From NCBI GenBank assembly GCA_036261255.1, contig DATALD010000051.1:2575-66574 (forward strand): a DNA stretch of 64,000 bases, written 5' to 3'. The DNA comes from Bacteroidales bacterium. Its GTDB lineage: Bacteria; Bacteroidota; Bacteroidia; Bacteroidales; VadinHA17. Numbering within the stretch: position 1 is the first letter of the stretch; each line of letters begins with the position of its first letter. Below, piece after piece: positions 27,517-35,751 of this stretch. The position numbers and the translations under genes were made by a program. The notes under the pieces are model-generated. The model was not told the DNA's origin and searched no databases. It worked only from the letters and a program-made list of their open reading frames with translations.

Positions 27517-28686
27517 ATGATCAGATTGTTTATCGCGGTACTATGTACAATAAGCATATTCTCCCTGTCAGGATGTAAATCCAATAAAGCCCAGGTGTCA
27601 GGCTCCTTAATAAACCATATAAAGGGAGAATTCATCTTTCTGGATAAACTTGAATCTGATAAGTTCGTACCTGTCGATTCGGTAAAGATTTCAAATTCCG
27701 GAACATTTGCTTTAGAAACAAAAGTTGATAATCCTTCCTTTTTCGTTTTAAGATTGAATACTAACAATTTTCTAACTATGGTTGTTGAGCCTGATCAGGA
27801 AATAATTATAAATGCACATCATGATTCTTTAAGCTACCCGGTGAGCATAGAAGGCTCGGAAGGAACCAGAAGGCTGGCAGAATATAATGACAGTTTAAGA
27901 GCAACAGTCGATAAATTACTGGCTATTAACGGAATTTATGATCAGAATGTAGATAATCCCCGTCTGCCTGCTATCATGGATTCCCTAGATAGTATGGCCC
28001 AGGTTTATCTTAATGATATCAACTTATACACAAAAAGGTTCATCGACGACAACATAACCTCACTTACAAGCCTTGTTGCGCTTTATCAACAGGTCGCACC
28101 AGGCGTAAATGTTATGAATCAGACAAAAGATTGGAGGTATTTCGTCAAAGTTGATTCATCATTATTCAGTTCGTACCCCGATTATGAACCGGTAATAACG
28201 CTTCATGAGCAGGTTAAAGAGCTAACATCGAGCCTTGGATTAAATAATCCAGGCGCCCCAGGTATTAATTCCTATGCCCCCGAAATATATTTACCGAACC
28301 CTGAAGGAGATTCTATTAAGCTTACTTCAACACGTGGATCGTATGTGCTACTAGATTTCTGGGCAGCCTGGTGTCCTCCCTGCAGGGCTGAGAGCCCCAA
28401 TCTCGTTAAAGCTTATGATCAGTTTCACAAGAGAGGATTCCAGATATTCCAGGTTTCTCTTGATAAAACAAAGGATGCATGGATAAAAGGGATTGAAGAT
28501 GACAAACTGGGAAGATGGATTCATGTAAGCGATATACAATATTGGGCTTCTGTTGTAGTTCCACTCTATAAAATAGAATCAATTCCGACCAACTACCTGC
28601 TTGACAGGGAAGGACGTATAATTGCGGTCAACTTACGTGGTGACCGGTTAAATGAAAAACTATTAGAGATTTTCAATAAAAAATAA
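27517..28686 (+). CDS. TlpA-family thiol:disulfide oxidoreductase lipoprotein (DUF4369-like N-domain + thioredoxin fold)
   Basis: Lipoprotein signal IFSLSGCKS and an intact active site FWAAWCPPC (CPPC at 28372-28383). I prefer the ATG at 27517 to the TTG at 27511. Confidence 0.85.
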   Translation: MIRLFIAVLCTISIFSLSGCKSNKAQVSGSLINHIKGEFIFLDKLESDKFVPVDSVKISNSGTFALETKVDNPSFFVLRLNTNNFLTMVVEPDQEIIINAHHDSLSYPVSIEGSEGTRRLAEYNDSLRATVDKLLAINGIYDQNVDNPRLPAIMDSLDSMAQVYLNDINLYTKRFIDDNITSLTSLVALYQQVAPGVNVMNQTKDWRYFVKVDSSLFSSYPDYEPVITLHEQVKELTSSLGLNNPGAPGINSYAPEIYLPNPEGDSIKLTSTRGSYVLLDFWAAWCPPCRAESPNLVKAYDQFHKRGFQIFQVSLDKTKDAWIKGIEDDKLGRWIHVSDIQYWASVVVPLYKIESIPTNYLLDREGRIIAVNLRGDRLNEKLLEIFNKK

Positions 28687-28704
28687 TTTTCAGATTTCAG
28701 ATTA

Positions 28705-29868
28705 ATGAGAAAGACAGTTTATTTATCAGCGCTTGTACTGCTTGCTTTTTCAGGGTGCAAATCAAAAGACAGTTTTACAATAAATGGTACAATTAAAGGA
28801 GAAAAAGAAAATTATATTCAGATCAACAAACTGGATGTAGATATACCCGTTTTTTTAGATTCAGTTAAGGTTGCAAAGAATGGCAATTTCAGGTTTAGAA
28901 TTGAAGCAGAAAATCCTGATTTTTACCAGGTTGGCTTTTCTTCATCCAATTTTGTTACACTACTTGCCAAACCAGGTGAAAAAATAGATCTCACATTTAA
29001 TGGCAAAAAGCTGTATGATAATTTTGAAGTCGAAGGGTCTGAAGGGACAAGCCAGCTTAAGTTGCTGGATAAGAATCTTGAAATAACAAAGAAAAGGCTT
29101 GATTCGCTTGTATTAATATATAATAGAGAAATGTCGCAACCGGATTTTGAAACATCAAGAGGGCCGGAGCTCCGGGAGTTATATAACAATGCATTAAAAG
29201 AACAAAGAAAAAGGAGTATTGGCTTCATAATAGAAAACCCGGCTTCTTTTGCTTCTATCAAAGCCCTTTACCAGAAAATCAACGATGAAGACTACGTTTT
29301 AAATCAAACAAGGGATCTTCAATATATGAAAATAGTGAGTGATACTTTATCTAAATACTATCCCAATTCCAAGCATGTTAAAGCGCTTACCAGTGATCTT
29401 AATAATGGTATTGGCAAGATGAATGCAGAAATGTTGAAAGCAATGTTCAATGATCTTCCTGAGGCTGAACTAAACCCTGATCTTAATGATATTAACGGAA
29501 AACGTGTATCACTATCATCTTTGCAAGGGAAATATGTTCTTTTGACTTTCTGGTCAGTAGCATCAAATAGCTGTATTGAAGAAAACAATCAATTAAAGGA
29601 CCTGTACAGAAAGTACAAAAATAAAGGCTTCGAAATCTATCAGATAAATATTGATCCAAATGAAGCTGCATGGAAATCGGCTGTCAGGTTTGATGAGCTT
29701 CCATGGATCAGTGTAAGAGAAGATGATACCATGAAGCTCCCAATTGCAAGATTGTTTAACGTTACAGCTTTACCAACGAATTACCTTTTCGATCGTGAAG
29801 GAAAAATTATTGGATCAAACCTTCATGGCAAGGCTCTCCAGATAAAGCTTGGGCAGCTATTCAATTAA
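28705..29868 (+). CDS. TlpA-like thioredoxin-fold lipoprotein paralog with degenerate active site (SNSC)
   Basis: Same architecture as the upstream gene (signal LLAFSGCKS, DUF4369-like N-domain). The active-site position reads FWSVASNSC (29551-29574), so the first Cys is a Ser. Confidence 0.8.
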   Translation: MRKTVYLSALVLLAFSGCKSKDSFTINGTIKGEKENYIQINKLDVDIPVFLDSVKVAKNGNFRFRIEAENPDFYQVGFSSSNFVTLLAKPGEKIDLTFNGKKLYDNFEVEGSEGTSQLKLLDKNLEITKKRLDSLVLIYNREMSQPDFETSRGPELRELYNNALKEQRKRSIGFIIENPASFASIKALYQKINDEDYVLNQTRDLQYMKIVSDTLSKYYPNSKHVKALTSDLNNGIGKMNAEMLKAMFNDLPEAELNPDLNDINGKRVSLSSLQGKYVLLTFWSVASNSCIEENNQLKDLYRKYKNKGFEIYQINIDPNEAAWKSAVRFDELPWISVREDDTMKLPIARLFNVTALPTNYLFDREGKIIGSNLHGKALQIKLGQLFN

Positions 29869-29879
29869 TAATCATTCTC

Positions 29880-30623
29880 TTGAAAGAAAAAGGGAAAATA
29901 TATTTTGCGTCAGATTTCCACCTGGGATTAGCAGCAGGATCGCTTCCAATTGAAAGAGAAAAGAGAATAGTATCATGGCTTGATAAAAGCAGGGCTGATG
30001 CCACAGCTTTTTACCTGCTTGGTGATATCTTTGATTTCTGGTGGGAGTACAGGAAGGTTGTTCCAAAAGGGTTTACAAGGTTTCTTGGTAAAATATCTGA
30101 AATAACAGACACTGGAATACCTGTTCATTTCTTCACAGGAAACCATGATATGTGGGTATTGGATTATTTTCGGAATGAATGCGGAATGATAGTGCATACC
30201 GGCCCGGTAATCGAGAAATTCGACGGCAAAACTTTTTATCTTGCTCATGGAGAAGGACTTGGATCGAATGATAAAGGGTATGCCTTTCTCCTCGCAATCT
30301 TTCGTAACAAACCTTTGAGAAAGATGTATTCAGCGCTCCACCCAACGATAGGAATGGGCATTGGACACAGCTGGTCACTAAATTCAAGACTTGCTAAGGG
30401 TATAAAAAGAGACTTTCTTGGTGAAGATAAGGAAGATCTTATCAGATATGCAAAAATGGTTTTGAAGAATGAGAAAGTTGACTATTTCATATTTGGCCAT
30501 CGGCATCTCGGAATGATTCACGATCTTGGACAGGCCAGGGTGATTCTTTTAGGCGACTGGATAAAAGGTGGAAGCTTTGCAGTATGGGATGGAGAAAGAG
30601 TTGAACTTACGAGTTTTGATTAA
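29880..30623 (+). CDS. lpxH: UDP-2,3-diacylglucosamine diphosphatase (LpxH family metallophosphoesterase)
   Basis: IYFASDFHLG, YLLGDIFDFWWEY, FFTGNHDMW, AHGEG and FGHRH. TTG start, so the exact start is uncertain. Confidence 0.85.
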   Translation: MKEKGKIYFASDFHLGLAAGSLPIEREKRIVSWLDKSRADATAFYLLGDIFDFWWEYRKVVPKGFTRFLGKISEITDTGIPVHFFTGNHDMWVLDYFRNECGMIVHTGPVIEKFDGKTFYLAHGEGLGSNDKGYAFLLAIFRNKPLRKMYSALHPTIGMGIGHSWSLNSRLAKGIKRDFLGEDKEDLIRYAKMVLKNEKVDYFIFGHRHLGMIHDLGQARVILLGDWIKGGSFAVWDGERVELTSFD

Positions 30624-31728
30624 CTTTTTCTTCCACTTTTACATTAAGCATATAATAAGAATAGAGGTCATTTATCCTGTCAAAATCATAATCAAGCTTG
30701 CTCCCTGATTTTCTTGCCATCTCAATTAACCCCATATTACCTGTACTTTCAGTTTCAGTAGTCTGGCTTGATAAGGATTTCCTGAATAGTTCTTTTAAAC
30801 CAAGCTTGTCATATTTATTAATGATATCTATCTTATCTTTTAAAAAGCCTACATTCTCATTAAGAATCAGATTCCCTGTAGTAAGTGAGAAGACCTTGTC
30901 TTCCATTCTGATCATGGCCATTGGCATACCATATTGTTCTTCAGGGATCCTGCCAGGGCTGTATTTTGAGACATTCTCAAGAATCTCGACAAGTATACTG
31001 AATACTTTCCTTCGAACATTTGAGGCGACATCATCTTCACTAAGCTTTGTTTCTGTAAATGATATCACTTCTTTACCTATGTCTGGTGAAATATGTCCCG
31101 ACCAGATAAGATAGAGGTTGCTCTCTGCCATAATTTTCTCAAGTTGAGAATAGGACACCCCACTAAAAGTATTTTCTGCATCTTTATGAATACCCATTCC
31201 CCCTGAATCAACTGTTTTGCTAAGGACAAAATATGAATACTCATCATCTATTTTTACAAAATCGTAATCGAGTTTATTTCCTGTTTTTTTTGCCATCTCA
31301 ATTAAACCAAGGCCAGCTCCGCCCTTTGTACTGAACTCAGATGAACTCAGCATGCGACGGTATACATTTCTAATGTCTTTATTTTCAAGCTTATTAACTG
31401 CATCAAGCTTTCGTTTAAGATCTTTCTTAGCTGAGTTTGGCAGGACATTACCTGTTGTGACTGTGTAGCCTGTAGAAGTTTTGGAATATACAACAAGCGA
31501 CATATTTGCGTGCCTGTTATTAAGGCTATGCCTTGATACGTTCTGGAGACTCTCAAGAACAAACATGAACAGTCGCTTTCTTCCGACAAAACCAAATTCA
31601 GAATTCTCCATCTCCTTTTCGAGAAGCATCAATAATGGAACTGAATTTTCATTTGTGACGATGCCGCGATAGACAAACATGAGATTCTCCTTCATCATTT
31701 TGTCGCGGATAAGACGGGTTAACTCCAT
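30607..31728 (-). CDS. Internally duplicated GHKL-type (SiaB/DUF6272-like) putative protein kinase
   Basis: Two homologous halves of about 186 aa. Each carries a ..(F/I)(V/L)ES/EILQNVS(R/K)(H/Y)S core helix and ends in GLIEMA(K/R)K(T/S)G(N/S)KLDYDF..(I)(D/N)D.YSY(F/Y). The family assignment is from memory and needs an HMM search. Confidence 0.6.
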   Translation of the reverse strand: MELTRLIRDKMMKENLMFVYRGIVTNENSVPLLMLLEKEMENSEFGFVGRKRLFMFVLESLQNVSRHSLNNRHANMSLVVYSKTSTGYTVTTGNVLPNSAKKDLKRKLDAVNKLENKDIRNVYRRMLSSSEFSTKGGAGLGLIEMAKKTGNKLDYDFVKIDDEYSYFVLSKTVDSGGMGIHKDAENTFSGVSYSQLEKIMAESNLYLIWSGHISPDIGKEVISFTETKLSEDDVASNVRRKVFSILVEILENVSKYSPGRIPEEQYGMPMAMIRMEDKVFSLTTGNLILNENVGFLKDKIDIINKYDKLGLKELFRKSLSSQTTETESTGNMGLIEMARKSGSKLDYDFDRINDLYSYYMLNVKVEEKVNQNS

Positions 31729-31928
31729 TGAGAATGGGTCAGTTTTGATTCCTCATAAAATTAAAATAAATTGATTAATTCACCCACAAAATGAAAAAAA
31801 TTCATCATAAATGATTAAACTTTAAAAAAAGTTAAAAAAAATGGACCTTGTTTTTCCAATATACAATAATTATCATTACGTTTAATCGCAATAATGATTG
31901 GTTTAATAAATGTGAAGTTTTTGTCTGT

Positions 31929-32813
31929 ATGAAGAAAAAGAACGAAGATTACGCTTTTCTGGAGGAATTAGTACAGAGAGGCGGGCCTAAAGAATCAGAA
32001 TATGAGAAGTTTACATCTATTGTTGATAACCTCGAACCTTCTGAGATCACCAGATTCAGGGAAGATGTCAATCCTGTTTTGAATGAGAATACCCTTATTG
32101 GTCATGCTTATGTTAAGCCTTATGGATATCCGGGTGATTTCCTTCTAATTGACTATATTTATAATTTTAAAGTCAACGAGGATGAACGATACCGTAACTG
32201 GGATTTGTTTTTCCAGAACCAGGCAGGTGCAAATGCAGTAAGAAACAGGAAAGATTATTTTGTCAGATATTGCAGTGAAATCTCAAAATCGAGGAATAAT
32301 CCTAAAGTTCTTATTCTTGGTTCCGGGCCAGGATCTGATGTTTATGAGTTTTTCTCAACATATCCCAATGCAAATATCAGCTTTGATCTGATTGATTTTG
32401 ACCAGGCGGCAATTGAGTTTTCTAAAGAAAGAAATAAAGTATTCAATGATAAAATTTCTTACTATAGAATAAATGCGCTTCGCTACAACTCGCTTAAGCT
32501 TTATGATCTTATTTGGAGCGCTGGTTTATTCGATTACTTCAAGGACAAGCATTTCAATTTCCTTGTCAGGAAGTATTATCATTGCCTTACTGAAGATGGA
32601 GAAATGATAATTAGTAATTTCAGCACAAGGAATCCAACAAAGAAACTGATGGAACACCTTTCTGACTGGTATCTTAACTTAAGAACAGAATCTGACCTTT
32701 ACAGAATTGCATCAGAGGCAAATATTGATAAGGAACTCGTTAGTATTGATAAAGAACCTCTAGGAGTCAACCTGTTTCTTAGGATTAAGAAAAATCACCT
32801 AAAAAAAATATAA
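31929..32813 (+). CDS. Class I SAM-dependent methyltransferase
   Basis: Motif I VLILGSGPGSD, acidic loop DLIDFD, post-I/II IWSAGLFDYF, and an N-terminal KPYGYPGDFLLIDYIY segment. I chose the ATG at 31929 (MKKKNEDYAF) over the track TTG at 31848. Confidence 0.75.
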   Translation: MKKKNEDYAFLEELVQRGGPKESEYEKFTSIVDNLEPSEITRFREDVNPVLNENTLIGHAYVKPYGYPGDFLLIDYIYNFKVNEDERYRNWDLFFQNQAGANAVRNRKDYFVRYCSEISKSRNNPKVLILGSGPGSDVYEFFSTYPNANISFDLIDFDQAAIEFSKERNKVFNDKISYYRINALRYNSLKLYDLIWSAGLFDYFKDKHFNFLVRKYYHCLTEDGEMIISNFSTRNPTKKLMEHLSDWYLNLRTESDLYRIASEANIDKELVSIDKEPLGVNLFLRIKKNHLKKI

Positions 32814-32822
32814 AGAAAACAG

Positions 32823-34802
32823 ATGTTCACTCTGCTGAAAAAAATAGCGACTCCTTTTTTCGGCACTCGTTCTTTAAACAAGAACGAGATGAATCTAAAT
32901 TATTTAACCCTGTCTTTTAAAGGGGAGGAGGCAAGTTTTGAAAAAGATTTCCAGGATGACTACTTCAAAAAATCGCTGTGGCATTTCAGGTTTTCGCTCA
33001 TCCTTTCAATGATCTTTTATGCCTCTTTTGCATTCCTCGATGCAAATATGGTTCCCTCACTAAAAGAAAAATTCTGGTTCATCAGATTCGTAGTTGTGTT
33101 TCCGGCGCTGGGGCTTGTTTACGCATTATCATTTGCAGGTTTCTTCAAGAAATATATGCAGCTAATAATCGCGTCGATAATGTTCATTACAGGCTTCGGA
33201 ATTATCATCATGAACGTTTTCGCATCAAGAATTGCCGTTCACACATATTATGCGGGTCTTATTCTCATTTTCATCTTCGGATACACTTTTATCAGGGCCC
33301 GCTTCATCTATGCATCTCTTGCCGGATGGTCAATAGTATTGTTTTACGAGATTTCAGCTACCGTATTAACATCAACCCCGGTGCAGATACTTGTGAATAA
33401 TAACTATTTTTTCATTAGCGCGAATCTTATCGGAATGTTTATTGCGTATTTTCTTGAGCTGTCTGCCAGGTCAGAATTTTATGTGAGGGTGCTTTTGGAA
33501 CGCGAGAAAGAAAACGTTAAAATTGCAAACAATGCTCTTGAAAAAAGAGTATTGGAAAGAACTGAACAGCTATACAACGCCAACCTCGATCTTAAAAAGG
33601 AAATAGAAATACGCAGGAAATTTGAAACCGAGAGAGCCGAACTTGAAAAACAACTTTTTCAACTTCAGAAAATGGAGACAATCGGCACCCTTGCAGGCGG
33701 TATTGCTCATGATTTTAACAACATATTAACCCCAATACTCGGGTACACCGATATGGCACTTGAAGAACTTCCCGTAGAGAGCAATCTTCGCTTTGATATA
33801 GAGCAGATAAATAATGCAGCCGTCAGAGGAAAAGACCTTGTTCAGCAGATTCTTACATTCAGCCGTGAAGTTGATTTCAACAAAAAGGCTATTAAGCTTC
33901 AACCAATAATTTCTGAAACCCTGAACCTTCTTAAAGCATCGTTGCCACCCGGGATAACGATAAAACAATCACTTGATCCACGTATTGGAACAGTGCTGGC
34001 CGATCCTACGCACATTCACCAGATCGTTATGAATCTTTGCACAAACGCAAATCATGCAATGCTTGCCAAGGGCGGTGTACTTGAGGTAAAACTCGATTCA
34101 GTGAGAATTGATCAGAAACAGGCTGACAAGATAAGAAACCTTAAAAAGGGAGAATACGTGTGTCTTACTATTTCAGATACTGGTCATGGGATGGACATTA
34201 AGACAAAGGAAAGAATTTTCGAACCTTTTTTTACACGTAAAGAAGTTGGGTTGGGTTCCGGTCTGGGCCTTTCAGTAGTTCATGGCATTGTAAATAATTA
34301 TGGCGGAGCAATTGAAGTTGAATCAAGCCCCGACAAGGGAACAACCTTCAGAATATACTTGCCACAATCAGGTTCTGATCCTGGTGAGTCAGATAAACTC
34401 GATAAAAGGCCTGTTAAAGGAGTTGAACATATTCTGTTTGTTGATGATGAACCCGAGATAATATTTATGGGTAAAAAGATGCTTGAAAACCTTGGATACA
34501 AAGTATCGATAAGAAGCGACAGTCAGGCTGCTCTTGAAGAATTTAAAGCTCATCCAGATAAGTATTCACTCCTCGTAACTGATCAGAATATGCCCGTTTT
34601 ATCAGGCACTGATCTTGCCAGGGAAATGCATCAAATAAGGCCGGAGTTCAAAATAATTATTATTACCGGTTTTGCAGATAATCTCTCGGATGAGATATTG
34701 ACAAGCCATGGCGTTTCAGAAGTTATTCTTAAACCCATGATCCTTGACGATTTCAGTAAAGTAATCAGGAGAGTACTAGATAAGAAACAAATAAAGAACT
34801 AA
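32823..34802 (+). CDS. Membrane-bound hybrid sensor histidine kinase / response regulator
   Basis: About 6 TM helices (residues ~50-215) and a coiled coil. H-box GGIAHDFNNIL, N/G boxes (NLCTNANHAM, DTGHGMD, GLGSGLGLS) and a C-terminal receiver (ILFVDDE..LVTDQNMP). Confidence 0.9.
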   Translation: MFTLLKKIATPFFGTRSLNKNEMNLNYLTLSFKGEEASFEKDFQDDYFKKSLWHFRFSLILSMIFYASFAFLDANMVPSLKEKFWFIRFVVVFPALGLVYALSFAGFFKKYMQLIIASIMFITGFGIIIMNVFASRIAVHTYYAGLILIFIFGYTFIRARFIYASLAGWSIVLFYEISATVLTSTPVQILVNNNYFFISANLIGMFIAYFLELSARSEFYVRVLLEREKENVKIANNALEKRVLERTEQLYNANLDLKKEIEIRRKFETERAELEKQLFQLQKMETIGTLAGGIAHDFNNILTPILGYTDMALEELPVESNLRFDIEQINNAAVRGKDLVQQILTFSREVDFNKKAIKLQPIISETLNLLKASLPPGITIKQSLDPRIGTVLADPTHIHQIVMNLCTNANHAMLAKGGVLEVKLDSVRIDQKQADKIRNLKKGEYVCLTISDTGHGMDIKTKERIFEPFFTRKEVGLGSGLGLSVVHGIVNNYGGAIEVESSPDKGTTFRIYLPQSGSDPGESDKLDKRPVKGVEHILFVDDEPEIIFMGKKMLENLGYKVSIRSDSQAALEEFKAHPDKYSLLVTDQNMPVLSGTDLAREMHQIRPEFKIIIITGFADNLSDEILTSHGVSEVILKPMILDDFSKVIRRVLDKKQIKN

Positions 34803-34808
34803 TAAATA

Positions 34809-35204
34809 ATGTCAAAGATACTTGTATTTGATGATGAGCCGTCCATCCTGCTGATGATAAAGAAGATGCTTGAAAAAGCAGGCCATGAGGTTGATGTAGC
34901 TCTGAATGCCAAAGAAGGGATGGTTATTTTTAATAAAAACATACCAGACCTTCTGATTACAGATATTATTATGCCTGAGAAAGAAGGATTGGAAACAATT
35001 TTCGAACTTCGGAGATTACATCCGAAACTAAAAATAATTGCAATTTCCGGTGGAGGCAGAATAGGTCCCGAGGGCTACCTTCCCGGAGCTAAGTTGCTCG
35101 GAGCCAATGCTGTTTTTGCCAAACCGCTAATCCCAAAAGACTTCCTGAAAGCTGTAGCTGACCTGCTTGGAGAAGACAAGAATAAGTTACATTATGTTCT
35201 ATAG
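34809..35204 (+). CDS. Single-domain (CheY-like) response regulator
   Basis: 131 aa. ILVFDDE..LLITDIIMPEKEGLE..IAISGG..KP. Starts 6 nt after the hybrid kinase. Confidence 0.9.
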   Translation: MSKILVFDDEPSILLMIKKMLEKAGHEVDVALNAKEGMVIFNKNIPDLLITDIIMPEKEGLETIFELRRLHPKLKIIAISGGGRIGPEGYLPGAKLLGANAVFAKPLIPKDFLKAVADLLGEDKNKLHYVL

Positions 35205-35729
35205 ACAAGCGGTTAATCGGCAGCTGGAACAAAAAGACTGGCTTTTCTGATCAATATCTTCTACATAGGTTACTGACCTCATTACGCAGGTTGGTACATT
35301 ACAATGCCTGAGCCCAAGCATGTGCCCAAGCTCATGGATAACCTCTTTTCTGAAACGGTTTAAATACAGTAAATCATCCTTCTTCATTCCATATAGCTCG
35401 TTGTCAAGCCTGAATGATGATGCAATACCGCTACGACCATTAAGATAAGCCTGCCCTAATATAAATGTAAGAATCGGAATGAAAATGTCAACATTGAATA
35501 ATCCAAGTGTCTTGAAACTATCTGAGCCATAAGAATAATCGATCTTCTTTAAGAGCTTGTTACCATCATACTGCCTTCGGGCTGCATCATAGAACTCCGT
35601 AAGATCAAGGTGTGCTTCCTTAAGTTCAACATGTAGCCTGAATTCATTCACAACAGCTTCTTTTATCATTCCAAGAAATTCATTCTCAAAATGACCAAAA
35701 TAAATAAGTCTTATTTTATGGGGATCCAT
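35199..35729 (-). CDS. Archaemetzincin-type zinc metalloprotease (peptidase M54 family)
   Basis: HELGHMLGLRHCNVPTCVMRS..(16 aa)..CSSC (35220-35336) closely matches the archaemetzincin signature HEXXHXXGX3CX4CXM...CXXC. Size is 176 aa. Confidence 0.8.
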   Translation of the reverse strand: MDPHKIRLIYFGHFENEFLGMIKEAVVNEFRLHVELKEAHLDLTEFYDAARRQYDGNKLLKKIDYSYGSDSFKTLGLFNVDIFIPILTFILGQAYLNGRSGIASSFRLDNELYGMKKDDLLYLNRFRKEVIHELGHMLGLRHCNVPTCVMRSVTYVEDIDQKSQSFCSSCRLTACL

Positions 35730-35751
35730 TAAATATGCTATTCTGGAAGAG

